NCBI GenBank assembly: GCA_965113315.1
Contig: OZ220371.1
DNA length: 64,000 nucleotides
Strand: one strand, 5' to 3'
Source: Podarcis vaucheri
Lineage: Eukaryota
Positions 23,628-36,341 of the stretch are shown here, in pieces. The stretch's first letter is position 1, and each line of letters begins with the position of its first letter. The translations under genes were made by a program, and so were the position numbers. Below the pieces are notes generated by a model that worked only from the letters and a program-made list of their open reading frames with translations, had not been told where the DNA came from and made no database searches.

Positions 23628-24922
23628 AAACCTAGTCACTTTTACAGAGCTTTCAGTAGAGCTTACCTTGAAAATGTGCTTTTAGGATGGCAGCAATATT
23701 AACAGAGCCTTGGGAATATACTAATCATATTGATAATCCCCTGTGTGTTAATTCTGTTTTCATGTCTAGACTTTCTCACATCAAATAACAATGAGATTCA
23801 CAGTTCCTCATTGTTTAGTTCAGTCCAATTCCAGTATGGAGCTTAGCAGGACATTTTCTGAAAACCAGGTATGTCGAGTCCTTAGTTAGACTGAATTGGG
23901 AGTGAATGAAAGAGACCACTAAAAATGAAATACTGCCATTAAAGTTATGTACAGCCAAGCTTTTGACACACACACAAGTACACACATTCCTACCATCTGA
24001 AAATAAATAAATACACCCATACACTAAATGGCAAGAGCTGGTGTTTCCTATTTAAACACAAAGTGGAGCACATTTGAATCAAGGAAAATTTGCAGAACCT
24101 CCCATTCATCCCAGCCCAGGCTGTGCTTGAGTATTTACTGTAAACAAACTTAGCAGACCTCTGGAGGCTAATGGGTCTGTTGATTGGTGTTTGTTCAGCA
24201 CAGCAGGGTCTGGTGTGCGATATCTGGGCTTCTGTGTATTGATGAGTGTGGGCTGCTGGTGGGAGGTATAGTCTGTTTGAGGGTTGGAAGAGGCTTGTTA
24301 GCTCTTGGTGGCTGGGTTGAATGAAAGACTCTTGTTTATTTAGAATTCTTAAGTCCTCCAGAACTGCTGTGAAGTCTGTTAAGAGTTTCTCTTCTTCCAC
24401 AGTGTTGCTCAGTGGAAGTATCAGGTGATGAAAGGACTAACATGATTTATCTGTGCTATAACCTCAGACATCTACCTTTCTTTTCAAAGTTTTCCTTTTA
24501 AAGTTTCTGTAATCCACAAACTATGAACTCCAGACGCTTGATGGGGCTATTCCAGAGCAAGCAATTTAAGGGGTTCCAGCAAAGATGTCCTGGTGAAGTA
24601 TTGTGTGTGTGTGTGTTTTATCTATTTAAGTATTTTAGAGTAATGAATCAAATAAAATGCAACATTTATGGTCTGTAGACCAAATAAACTGAAGAAAATA
24701 CAGAATTGTACACAGGGACAAAAAAAAATGTGCCCAATTTTTTTTAATGATGTAGACGTGTGTAATTATAACTAGAAAGGCAGTAAAGGAAATAAGGGGA
24801 GTGGTAATATGCACTGTCTGTTTTGATGAACTTTCAAGAAAGTATGTTGATACTTGATGAACTTTTGCAGTTGATGCAAGTTTACTGCATCATATTTCAA
24901 ATTGAACCAGTTGGAATATATA

Positions 24923-25063
24923 CATGGGCGTAGCCAAGGGGGCTGGGGGGGCAGCTGCCCCCCATCAAGTAAAGCAATAGAAATACTTAACTAACTGACC
25001 ACCAGTTCTGCCCCCCAACAAAAGTTCTGCCTTGCCCTAACTAAAATCATGACTATGTCCATG
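24923..25063. mobile_element. hAT MITE with 8-bp TSD
   Basis: TIR CATGGGCGTAGCCA / TGACTATGTCCATG. TSD AATATATA at 24915-24922 and 25064-25071. Confidence 0.8.
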
Positions 25064-25479
25064 AATATATATGTATTTATAGTTTTCCTTTCTCCAGAAT
25101 CAAATCGTTCCTTTAATTGTCTAAATGTGTCTTGCTAATGTGTTAATAGCTAAAATCAGTCAAATGCCCAAGATCATTTTACATTTATACATATACATAG
25201 ATACATGCACAATTTGATCTGCTGAAGCCATTCATTTTACCTAGGAAAAATACAAGAGAAAAAAATATGAAAGCTTTTATTCTTACTGTTTGAAGTAGTT
25301 TTCTGATCAAAATATTTATCAAACAAAATGAAAATCGCATTGTCTCGTAAGCTTTTACATTCATTTTTATGTTTACCATCCTTTTCTTAATAGCAAGTTC
25401 ATTTTAAGCAAGATTTGGATAAATCTACCTAATTTATTTTTTTAAAAGAATTTGAAAGGTTACTTACAAAGTATGAGTT

Positions 25480-25900
25480 GCATTTATTTAAAATCTGGTG
25501 TAGGGCAACTCACGGCAATTTCGTCCGGAAGATGTACCCTCAAAAACCATCTCATTTTAATGAAGACTTGTTGACCTTGTTGATGTAAACCAAATGTTGT
25601 CTGCAACTTAGTTCACTCAGGCAAAAGTTTGTGACCCTTAACCAGCACATTAACATGTCTAATTGTAACTGACAAGGCAATTTCCTGGTTGCCATTGTTT
25701 GAGACAAGCAGAATCCACAAGCTACCAGCAATCTAAGACCTTTGACTGTCATTTTAACACTTTTAATTCTAATTGACAGAGCACTTAGGCAAAAACTATC
25801 CAAACACAGCTAGGTAACAAAATGAAAAAGAGGAAAAATAAAACCTATTGTTCTGCTTATTTAATAAACACATATTCTTGCTTGATATTCAGCAATTCAG
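25480..25900. promoter_or_regulatory. Putative conserved non-coding element
   Basis: Unique sequence with SOX-like CCATTGTT, MEIS CTGTCA/TGACAG and CTAATTG homeobox motifs. Function inferred. Confidence 0.35.
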
Positions 25901-26909
25901 AACCATTAATGATGCTTCTTTCCACACACACCCAAAAAACTTGGGCAATCAAAATTATTTTTTTCTTAAAGCAAAGAAAAATATTTTTCTTCTTAAAGTT
26001 TGCTTAAAGCAAACTGTTGCCAATTATTTTCAGATTCTGTTTTAGTATCCCCATAGCTGTTTTCGGTATAGCAGTTGCAATTGCTGTGTTGCTGCTGTAG
26101 ATGTAAGGCTTCTATCACAGGTTACCTTTCCCTGGAATTACTTTGTCAATGCATTCAGCCAGTCACAATCAATGGGAGAAAAGTTTGCTCAGATAAGTGA
26201 AATGGAATTCTTTAAATGTATCCCATAAGAAGCTATTCTGATGATTTCCTAAATAGAATAGATAAGCTCTGTATTAAAAAAAAATAATAAGAGGGTAATC
26301 CATAATACAACATAATGTTGACTTGTACAACATTTTCATGCACGTCAATCATGGGGTAAAACATGAATAAGATTGTGTTTGAACTGTCACCTTTTTGTTT
26401 GATTATTTGATTAATTGTTTTGTTATAATTTCCAATATGTTTCTATTTCACTGAAGGACTTTAGAAGAGAGCCCTCCCATGGCTAATGCAAACCCAATAA
26501 ATTCCTTTGGTTGTAACCAAACATTGAGTAGCTTAGCGGATAAGATATCCACTTAAAATGGGGGGAAATGATACAGTTCTCTTTTCAAGTTTACTCACAC
26601 AAGTCGTCTCAATGATTTAAATGCAGCACAAGATGATTCCTGACAATGAGGTACAGATGTCTTTCCATCTACAAGCAAACTTAGCATTATTAATTAACAC
26701 AGCTGGAAATGTTTAATGCAAAGAACCCTAAATTGGGTACCTGTTCTCTTATTGCCAGTGCCCTAGCTTTGCTTCTGAATTATGGTCTAGATGCAAAGAA
26801 TCTTGGTGAAACTAGTTCTGCATGCCCACAGGAATTTTGGACTTCAAATAGCATAAGTTCTTTTGAAACTGATATGAGTTTTTAAAGCATGATAGGACAT
26901 GACGTTATG

Positions 26910-27075
26910 AACATAAGAAAAGCCCTGTTGATTGGACAAAAGGCCTATCTAGTCCAGCATACTGTTCCCATAGTGGCCACCCAGATGCCTTATGGGAGGT
27001 CAACAAATTGGGCATGTGTGCAACAGGATTCTGCTCAATTGTACTCTCCAGGAACATGCCTCTGTAATCGGTATT
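26910..27075 (-). mobile_element. Older CR1 3' UTR fragment
   Basis: AACATAAGA tail then ...ATCTAGTCCAGCATACTGTTCCCATAGTGGCCACCCAGATGCC. Same family as 48405, 57535 and 63018. Confidence 0.65.
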
Positions 27076-27104
27076 CTTTGTGATCTCCATTCTTTTGAAT
27101 GCAT

Positions 27105-27845
27105 CGTTATTATTTGCACTTATTGTTGACTTCTTCTTCTTTTACAAAAAGTAACACAGAGTGAATTGCAAAATAGTACAAAGATTAAAAGCAGACTAAA
27201 ATGAAAACAAAAACCTTCAGACAGATCAGTACATATAAAAGGTAGATCTAAGACATCCTACCTACTGAGAAGAATCCACAGATATCCAAAGACCTCCCAA
27301 TGGAAAGCCAAACACCTGGGCAAAAAGAAATGGTTTTGCCTGGCCCTCAAGGTAGGCAGTGATGGCACCAGCATGCCTTCCTGGAGTGAGCATACAGCAA
27401 GCAGGAAGCCACCACTGGAAAGGCCTGTTCTTGCATCACCACCCTCTGCACTTGCCTTGGAAGGGGCACATAGAGAAGGGCCTCAGATGCTGAATGCAGG
27501 GTCCAGGTCAGTTAACGTGGAAGAAGCGCTCCTTGGGGTCTTGAGCCACATAAGGCTTTATATGCCAATACCAGCACTTTGAATCGAGCCCAGAAACTAA
27601 TTGGTGTGCATTGCAATCCTACCAGAATGTCTATATCAGAATAAGCAAACTCGGACCTCCAGAGGTTTTGGTACTACAACTCCCATTATCCCTGATCACT
27701 GGTCCTGTTAGCTAGGAATGATGGGAGTTGTAGTCCGAAAACATCTAGAGGGCCGGGTTTGCCTATGCCTGGTCTATATACTCAGACCATCTTGAGCCAG
27801 TAAACAATCTGGACACTGAATTCTGAATCAGCAGCAGCTTCGTAC
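27105..27845 (-). mobile_element. Old L2-like LINE 3' portion, interrupted by a MITE
   Basis: AT-rich tail, AGCCACCACTGGAAAGGCC (AFxVVA on minus), AGGCTTTATAT...CAGCACTTTGAATCGAGCCCAGAAACTAATTGG (LPISFWARFKVL..YKA motif). Confidence 0.6.
27637..27771. mobile_element. hAT MITE with 8-bp TSD
   Basis: Imperfect TIRs and internal ACTACAACTCCCAT palindrome. TSD GTCTATAT at 27629-27636 and 27772-27779. Confidence 0.85.
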
Positions 27846-29400
27846 GCACAACCCCCAAATGTTCCAACTAAAAATTTTATTCTTCCTTGATGGGAAATCT
27901 CTCGTTCTGTGTTACCAGGCTGTATTTATCATGTTTGAATGGAAAACAATCAAACTTGGATTAAGGAAGAAAGGAAGTGAATACAATGAAGCATTATAAT
28001 AAGCATTTGCAAGGCAGGCCAACATTTTTGCCTTCAAAATGGAGAGCGTAATATTAGGCGGCAAGTGACCAAACATTCTCTGCAGTCGGGCTTTGATGTG
28101 CAATGGTGGGTGGGCCCCCAGCCATCTCAAGTTATGTCAGTGCATTTCCTTTCTAACATTCTCCCTCCCTAACGCATCATCCTATTTCTTGAACCTAGAA
28201 ATACCCAGAGGTCACATATCTCTGGATTTTGATGGAGTGAGCATTTTTAATTCTTTCTCTCTGCTTTATTTTTTATCACTTAGACGTTCTTGCACTGACT
28301 GTTCTTTTGAAGGGCAAGATTTCCTTGCCAGGTGGGTATTCCCAAATTCTCACAACTCTGCTCATATGGTCTTTTATCAGAATGTCTCTGAGCAGTGAGA
28401 ACTCATAACTCATATGAATGGGAAACAGTTGGGGGCTTGCCACACTTCATCCCACTTGATTGTTGACATTGTTAGCAGCTGCTACTGTCGATCTATCTTT
28501 TACCAACTGGGAGCATATAAAAATGTTATACATACAGCACCAGTCCCTCCTCTCTGTCTCTCCGTTTTAAGCTAACACAATCATGGCTACACATCAAGGG
28601 GAAAAATACATCCTGAAATTGTTAAGTTTTCCATTCATGTTCATTGAAAGCCACTCAAGTATATTATTGGAGTATTGAAAACTTTGCAACAGTCGAAAAG
28701 CCCGGTATGAAAAACATACAGTGTAGTCTCATTTAGAGACCACCTCCTTTCCTAGGACACTTGGGGAGTTTTGAATCCCCAGGTCTTCACAGTGTTAATC
28801 ATCTGTTAAAATGGACAGATGGGGGCCTCATGGTATCTCTCACACAGAACAGGGAACTGCTTCACTTATTAGCAATGGGACAAGAGGTTACCAAACGTCA
28901 TCAAGGCATCTCTAGAAATGATGGGAAAGGCAGAAGGGGTGCAGAAAAAAACATTTCCCATTCTACTGGGGATACATCAGAATAGGTGGTAGACAATGCT
29001 CCTTTCTCCTCTTTCTTGGAGTAGAGGTGGGGAGCAAAGGCTTATCTTCCATCTTTGTGTAGACTACGGTGGCTCATCTTTCTCAGTCCAAGTGCTACAT
29101 TTATTGTTGTTCAACACTCAGAGGGTGACATGCCAGTGGATGACATGGCCAAACATATTGGATTGGCTACCTCACCTACTGTCTCTTACACTCGCACACA
29201 TTCACAAGCAGATAGGCAGACTCAACCATGATCATACACCCCCACCCAATGGTCAACAGGTGGGGTTCTTCCTCATCACAGCACTTCAGTGGGGAGGGAA
29301 ATGGCTCTCTCAAACCCAGCTGGCTAGGAGGCGAAACCTCTATCAAAGAGATAAAGATGGAGAAAGCGAATTAGCAGCTATTCTGTTGGAATGGATAAGC

Positions 29401-29728
29401 TTCATTAACTACGGACCCTGAAATATGGGATCCCCTCTGAACCCGTTTTGATAATCAATTGCTCAGTTTGTGGGACATTGACAAACGTGAGGATTTTGCT
29501 GCAAAATGCTGCAAAACTATTGAAAAACGTTGGAGTGAATTAGACAATGTTGGGTTTCAGGGTGTTAACTACAAATCCTGGTTTGATATGTAAATTATTC
29601 GGTTTGGGGGTCGCTGTAAAAAGTGGGAGTTCTGCTGCAAAACCACTACAAAACCACTGCAAAACCACTGCAAAACTTGGGCAGCGGTTTGGAGGGGATC
29701 CCAAATTTTGAGGTTTGTAGTTAATGAA
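29401..29728. mobile_element. Unclassified MITE-like element with ~44-bp imperfect inverted arms
   Basis: TTCATTAACTACGGACCCTGAAATATGGGATCCCCTC (29401-) pairs with GAGGGGATCCCAAATTTTGAGGTTTGTAGTTAATGAA (-29728). Internal (CTGCAAAACCA)n repeats. Confidence 0.6.
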
Positions 29729-30904
29729 ACCAAAGGGATACATCCTTCCCCGGATGTACCTTGATATTACTGAAAACGAAGAGGCAAGAGAAGCTGTTAT
29801 CTTGCTGGATATTCTAAGCAGGATCTCATCTTAGTACTTTTTACTAAAAACTCAGGACTAAACTCAGATTCTGCCAAGGATACAATAGGATCCTAGTCAT
29901 GCTGCTTCCATCACACCCTCAAGTAGCCACCCAGCAGAGCTCTTTCAAGTGGTAAAGAAGCTGGTACCACCTGGCTTGTTTTATTGCATAGCTTAATTAA
30001 GGATGTTTTAATGTTCTGATCAAATTATTATCATATATTTTAATGACACATATTTTATAATTGCTTTTACAGCTGTAAACCCCTTAGAGGCTATTTTGGT
30101 GCATAAAGCTGTATATAAATCAATCAGGCAGTAGTGTTGATGTAGGAGAAAGACACCGGCGTGTTTAAAGGGGCAGCTGCAACCTGAACATCAGCTGATT
30201 ATTCCATTCTAGTTGCCTTTTTAAACTTGGCTGTGCTTTCCTTCCCCCTTCCAAATGCTTTGTGGAAATGTTGGAATCCCTCAAGCATCTAGTACAGAAG
30301 AGAATTTATTGTCAGCAAATTAGACACACCATCCTTGTACTGTGAGTCTTCTGGTTTGTTTGTTTTTAAAATTTTCTCCAAGGTGACCACAAAAGCATGG
30401 GGAAGAGTACTTGGAACAGCTTTGCATTTCCCAGTTTCTTCCAGATGAATTTATGTTTGCATGAGACTCCATATATTCACACTGGAAATGCTCAAGGGTT
30501 TTTAGCAGTCCCAGCTCCACTGGAACCCCTCACAGGAAAAACAAAACAAAAACCAATTAGCAATCAGTTACATTAATTAAGAGGTTTGCCTATAGGAAAA
30601 AGCCAAGCCTTAAACAATTAGCAGCTAGGGGTTACCTTTTAATAAACAAAGCTCTTTAAAACAAACAAACAACACCTGTATGAAAATGTTTGTTTTCTCA
30701 ACACAACCAAGTCCCGGCTTTTCCACCTTCTCCTAACCCATTTCAGATGTTGGTGAGGAACACATTAGAACCCCTTTCCTGAATGAAATCTCTTCACTGA
30801 AAAGGGATGCAGTATAAAGAACAATTGTCTAATGACTGAAGTATGCTCATTAAAATCTGATATAAAAGAAATGTCAAGCAGCTACAGCTGCTGTTGACAT
30901 CACT

Positions 30905-30995
30905 TAGGCTGCAACCCTATATGCATTTGCCTGGGAGTAAGTGCCATTGAACTAAGCTGGTTTACTTCTGAGTAGACACACATAGGAGTTCCCTG
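30905..30995. repeat. Short squamate palindromic interspersed repeat
   Basis: GCTGCAACCCTATATGCATTTGCCTGGGAGTAAG...TTACTTCTGAGTAGACACACATAGGA hairpin-type repeat. Confidence 0.5.
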
Positions 30996-31094
30996 TAAAA
31001 GAGTTAGGCATTTGGCACCTCTGGAATTGCAGAGGTCTTCAGGCTGTTTGTATCGCCCTGGGAATGGAAAAACAGTTGATTTATTCCTTTATAG

Positions 31095-31335
31095 GAACAG
31101 GAGAGAAATCCAATTTCTCCCCCCCTTTTTTTTTTGTTTTAATAAGAAATTATCGAATTTACACTAAATGAGGCCAAAGGTATCCTTTGAAATCAGCACT
31201 TCCCCAAATTTTGTGATCCAGTTCTCCAACCAAACAATGTGTATGAAACTGCATATATTAGGGGGATGTGTGCATAAAGGGCATATATTAGTAAAAAGCA
31301 TCTTACATAAATGCATTATATCAGGGGAAACTGTA
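31095..31335. mobile_element. Fragment of the ~450-bp AT-rich interspersed repeat family also at 37568, 42846 and 58447
   Basis: Shared CAGTTCTCCAACCA...GCATATATTAGGGG...AATGCATTATA motifs. Confidence 0.55.
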
Positions 31336-31844
31336 TGTGTGTGCTAACTGTGCGATAATGTGCATTCGGTGTTGGACGCAGGTCCTGTGCACATGATGTC
31401 ATCTCCATGTTGTCTCTCTCCCGCACTCTTCGTTGCTCTAAAATGCATTCTGGAATGCTTATAATCTCTTTTCTGCCAGTAAAGTACTTTACAAGCACTT
31501 TTTTGCCTAAACGTGCACACAAAAAGTGCTTTCACTGGGTACCTCCTATGGGGCAGACCTGCTGCTGTTACAGGGCTGTGCTACTCCCCATCACAATGTT
31601 TAACTTGTCTATGGATGAAATAGGCAATATAGGAAATGGTACAGTAACTTAGCCACCTCTGTATACCCTTTGTATCTCAGTATATCCATACAGCATTTTC
31701 CAGGCCCTCTCTTTCAAAAGACTGCAAAATTAGTGTGTGTTTTTTAAAAGGCTTATGGAATTGTTTGTTTGTTTGTAATAAGGGATGCACTTTTAAAGGC
31801 TTTAAATTATGGACATAATCTGACCAATGTTAAGTGCTCTTGGG

Positions 31845-31977
31845 CAGTGCTTTTTCCAGGGCTTACTCAAGGGTAAGCAGTACCGGCACCTCTTTTGTCG
31901 TTGTTAAAAAGTGTGGCACTTACTGTAACAACTTCATGGTGAGTACCAGCACTTACTTTTCTAGGAAAAAAGCACTG
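31845..31977. mobile_element. hAT MITE with 8-bp TSD
   Basis: TIR CAGTGCTTTTT / AAAAAGCACTG. TSD CTCTTGGG at 31837-31844 and 31978-31985. Confidence 0.88.
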
Positions 31978-33329
31978 CTCTTGGGTCTTCTGATGCCCAT
32001 GCAAAATTCAGCATGAACTTAAATCTGTCCTTTTGCAAACAATGAGATGGAAAAGTAGCTTCTGTTAGTTTTGCATTGAAGGTTTTGTGTGCGACGGGAT
32101 TTTTTTTGGTACCATGTTGAAATAAAAAGAACTGTGCGATAATTTATGCCATTCATTTCCATCAGTCTTGCATGAGAACTGCTCCTCTAGTGAATTGCAC
32201 TTATATGTAACTTCAAGCAGACCTGCTTACAGAGTACAGAAGTACAGTAGTACAATAGGCAGCAAATGTTGCCTGTGTACAGAGGCAGCTTCAACGGGCC
32301 TTAGTGGTTCAGAAATGCCGGCACGCTGCCAAGCCTTATGCAGGGAAACATTTAACACCTTTATAACTTGGCTAAATCTGGATGGAATTATATGGGGCAA
32401 AGAAAAGATTCTACTGTAGCCAGAGGGACATGGGGAATTCCCTCAAAGAAATATCAAAAACAGCCTGCGTTTAGAATACAAAAAGATCCAAACTACAAAA
32501 GTGTGTGTGTGTGTACACTCAGAAACATACACACAGAGAATGGTATGATGTATATATTGTTAATAGTAATCATCATCATCATTATTAATAATAATACATT
32601 TTTTAAATATAATGATAGAGAACATTACTTGACTGCTGGCTGCGCCCACAAAATCTGCTTCAGAGGGTCCCCATACCCTCTGATAGGGATGTCAAAAAAT
32701 TATGATGGAAATGGAAAAGGAGATTGTCAAGGTTCACTGATTTGTCCTATATCCAGAATGGAACTCAGTCCAGCAAACATAATCAATATTCTCAGTCCAC
32801 AAAGAACATGTAATTTATAATTTCATCCCATTTGCACTGTGCTTCCTTTGTGTTGAAATGACTGGTGTGGAATAACATAATACTAATGTAATTAATAAAG
32901 TAAAATTCCACTATGGCAGAAAACAAGACCAAGAATATAGGTTTTTTTGTTAGAAGCTGTACTGCACTGGAAAGGAAAGACTTGCTACATGCAACGAATA
33001 AAAATCAATGTATTCATAAATCTCTATTTTCCAGAGCCAAATTTGAGAGTTCTGAAGTGATGGGGAAAGAGAGACTGGAAGAGGCAGGAGGGAAATAGGA
33101 ATTTTCCCCCTGCTCATATGGAATTCTGTTTCGCAAGCAGACCTGCAATGTTGGATAAAGCCAATTAGAAATATTACAGACTGGAAAAGGTGACCCATAG
33201 ATCTTGCTGGAGGCTTTTTGTGTTGTTGTTGTTGTTTTGATAGAAATCATATTGGCAGAAAAAAATTAAATCATAACTGATCAGAAAATCAGGTATTAAA
33301 AATGGGAACAGGGATCCTTTTCATGCTAT

Positions 33330-33780
33330 GGAAACCAATAAGAAGCATAGGAGGTACTAAGAAGTTCATAGGTATTGCAGAAGTGTGTCTGGATAAAATT
33401 GGTAAAACAAGGACACAAACTCAGCGTACCTACTTTGGAAGATATTAGAAAACACACAAAGAGGCTTTAGAAACAATGCTATCAGTAAAAAGAAGACAAA
33501 GGATCCGTTGGGTCAGCTCAGAAGGAAAGACACAGCAGAGCATTAACAATAAGCTGAACTGCTTAATGCTTCTGATGGCCTGCAGAAAGGGAAAGATGCA
33601 ATGAGACCGACAGAACAGTGGCAACAATGAAGATGGGGAAAGGTCACAGTTCTATATAATGAAGGAGCATGTCAAGGAATATTTCGACACGCTGAATGAA
33701 TGCAAGTCGGTGGCGCCTCATGACTTTGGTTATTTAACCAAGAGACCTGGAGGAGTTAACTGGGTGAGTCTCAGAATATA
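33330..33780 (+). mobile_element. Ancient CR1 ORF2 fragment (region upstream of RT)
   Basis: Frameshifted remnants VCLDKIGKTRTQ, KKTKDPLGQ and VKEYFDTLNECKSVAPHD correspond to CR1 CRDKIRKAKAQ, KRKTKESVGP and VKEYLxxLNEFKSPGPD. Confidence 0.6.
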
Positions 33781-34334
33781 AGAACTCATTAAAAAAAGGC
33801 TTGTTGATTGTATTGGTCTCACACTTACTGCCAAAAATATTCCCGCAATAGCTTCTGAACAGAAGATCTTACAGCACAGATCGTCTTTGCTGTGTGGGTG
33901 GTCACACCCTGACTCCATATTTCTGGGCACAGGCTCTGGTCCAGTCTCCTCTCCTGCCAGGGACAGAACTGGGAGAACCAATCGCAGAATCTCCAGCAGG
34001 AAACTGTTGCAGCTTGCATCAGGTCTGCTGGGAAGAAGACTCTCTGAAGCAGTAGCGACTAGTGGAACTGTGCATGTGGGGCTGCATTGCTGAGCCAGCT
34101 TCCAAATGCCAAGGGCCACTGCCCGTTACTGAGACAGAGGAAATGCAAGGCAGTGGGGAGCAGCTCAGGGCAGGCACTGCATCAGAGCAATCCAATGTTC
34201 CTGGAGCTGCACCTGCACCATGCCAACCCTCCTGGTGCCTTGTCCCTCTCTCTTTCAGTAATTGGCAACGGCGCATGGTGTTGGGAAACCAAGTCAGCAG
34301 CACAGTCCTGCCTGCACTGCCCCACAAGGCAGTA

Positions 34335-34549
34335 CAGTGGTGCCTCGGGTTAAGTACTTAATTCGTTCCAGAGGTCCATTCTTAACCTGAAACTGTTCTT
34401 AACCTGAAGCACCACTTTAGCTAATGGGGGCTCCCACTGCCACTGCATGATTTCTGTTCTCATCCTGAAGCAAAGTTCTTAACCCGAGGTAATATTTCTG
34501 GGTTAGCAGAGTCTGTAACCTGAAGCGTATGCAACCCGAGATACCACTG
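34335..34549. mobile_element. Tc1/mariner Tigger-like MITE
   Basis: TIR CAGTGGTGCCTCGGGTT / AACCCGAGATACCACTG flanked by TA on both sides. Confidence 0.88.
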
Positions 34550-34740
34550 TACTGCACTGGAGGCCTCAGGGGGCTTTCTCCTCAGTGAAACGAAGGGGAT
34601 AACAGGGGATTCTGGGATGAGAAATCGCCCAACAGGTAACGTTCTGGGTCACTGGAAAGCAACTAAAGGGAGAGGTGGCTCTGAGCGCTTTTCACGAACC
34701 ATCTGGCTTTTTCTCAGGCATTTGTAACAAAGACTGGGAT

Positions 34741-35095
34741 CAGAGGCGTAGGAAGGGAGCTGCGGTGGGTGTGGTCCGCCCCGGGTGTCATGACTGAGGG
34801 GGTGACAAAATGGCAGGCAAGTGGGCGGCACAGTTTGTGCCCGCCGGCAGCAGCTCTTCTGACCCGGCGCCAGAGAGTAGCCCTCCTCAGACATGGCGAG
34901 GTGCACCCGGCCGCAGCAGCTCCGTTGCCGGGTCATGTCTGACCCGGCTGTGGAGAGCAGGAAGAGAGTGAGCAGCAGCTTCCCCACCCCTCTCCCTCCC
35001 TGAACTGTGGCACCCTGCTCCCCTCAGGAGTGCCCCCCTGCCCCACCCCCCTCGGGAGTGTGCCCACCCTGGGCAGCGCAGGCATATGCTCTGCT
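34741..35095. mobile_element. GC-rich hAT-type non-autonomous element (degenerate)
   Basis: Starts CAGAGGCGTAGGAAGGG...GTCCGCCCCGGGTGTCA, similar to the terminus type at 43835. Right end eroded. Confidence 0.5.
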
Positions 35096-35551
35096 GCTGA
35101 CTGCGATACTCAAGCCTTTGCAAATGAATAAGTTGAATTTTCACCAAAAAACACTACAAGGACCCCTAACTTAGATTGCTGTTGTGTTAGGTAGGTAGGT
35201 AGGCAGTTAGGTAAGTAGGTAGGTATTATTGGATTTTCATCCCACCCTTCTTCCCAAAGGAGCCAAAAGCAGCAAACAACAAAGCAACAAAAGTACCAAA
35301 AATACCGAAAACATGCCCAACAAACCAACTATCCTCACAACTAATGTTGTAGCCGGTGCCGCTGTTCTGCTTATGCAGCATATTTCTGCTTGCGCAACAT
35401 AACTTACCCATCCCCCCACTTCCTGCAGCCCCCTATGCATTCTCAGCATTTGCTCCAGAGCATATTTGGGGGTGGGTCACACGGGGAGAGGCATGGAAAG
35501 GGAAGTTCTGTTGCATAAGTGGAATGTCCCTTGCACAGCATTAGATACACC

Positions 35552-35687
35552 CACTGCTTTTTTTTTCTTAAAAAAATGTTTAGGGGTACTCTTATATTGA
35601 AATACTGCCCCTCAATTAGGCCAAACTTAGATTCACAAAATGTTTAGGGGTATGTGTACCCCTGTGTCCCACCAGATAAAAGCACTG
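35552..35687. mobile_element. hAT MITE with 8-bp TSD
   Basis: CACTGCTTTT / AAAAGCACTG termini. TSD GATACACC (35544-35551) / GATGCACC (35688-35695). Confidence 0.78.
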
Positions 35688-35736
35688 GATGCACCCCAAG
35701 TTGCCAGATAAATTAATGGCTTCACTCAGTATAAGC

Positions 35737-35987
35737 CAGGGGTAGGCAACCTAACGCCCGGGGGCTGGATGCGGCCCAGTCGCCTTCTCAATCCAGCCCG
35801 CAGACGGTCTGAGAATCAGTGTGTTTTTACATGAGTAGAATGTGTCCTTTTATTTAAAATGCATCTCTGAGTTATTTGTGGGGCATAGGAATTTGTTCAT
35901 TCCCCCTGCAAAAAAAATAGTCCAGCCCACCACATGGTCTGAGGGACGGTGGACCGGCCGACTGCTGAAAAAGGTTGCTGACCCCTG
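35737..35987. mobile_element. hAT (Charlie-like) MITE with 8-bp TSD
   Basis: TIR CAGGGGTAGGCAACCT / AGGTTGCTGACCCCTG. TSD GTATAAGC at 35729-35736 and 35988-35995. Confidence 0.9.
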
Positions 35988-36210
35988 GTATAAGCAGTTT
36001 CACATGTTCATATAAAACAAGGAGAACAAATAGGGTGAATAAATGGTATACTGTAGTTCCTGACTTTTCAGCTACAAAGTAAATTGGACTGATATGATCT
36101 TCATGTTGTAAACAAGTAACCCAGGTGAGATGGTGGTAGGGCTTCCTGTGTTAGCTGTTATTAATGGGCTTAAGCGTTAATTGGGTTCTAACTGGTCTAG
36201 CATCTCATAC

Positions 36211-36341
36211 ACAGAATTGTAGTTGGAAAGGGATCACAAGGGCCCTGTAGTCCAATCCCTTGCCATGCAGGAATCTTTTGCCCCATGTGCGGCTTGAACC
36301 CACGTCCCTGAGTTTAAGAGTCTCATGCCCTACTGCCTGTA
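36211..36341 (-). mobile_element. tRNA(Lys)-derived SINE with CR1-type 3' tail
   Basis: Minus strand: GCATGAGACTCTTAAACTCAGGGACGTGGGTTCAAGCC...ATTCCTGCATGGCAAGGGATTGGACTA...TTCCAACTACAATTCT. Confidence 0.75.

Noticed and set aside
33730-35150. Cluster of overlapping GC-rich ORFs
   Set aside because: No recognisable domain or splice structure; overlaps CR1, Tigger and hAT remnants.
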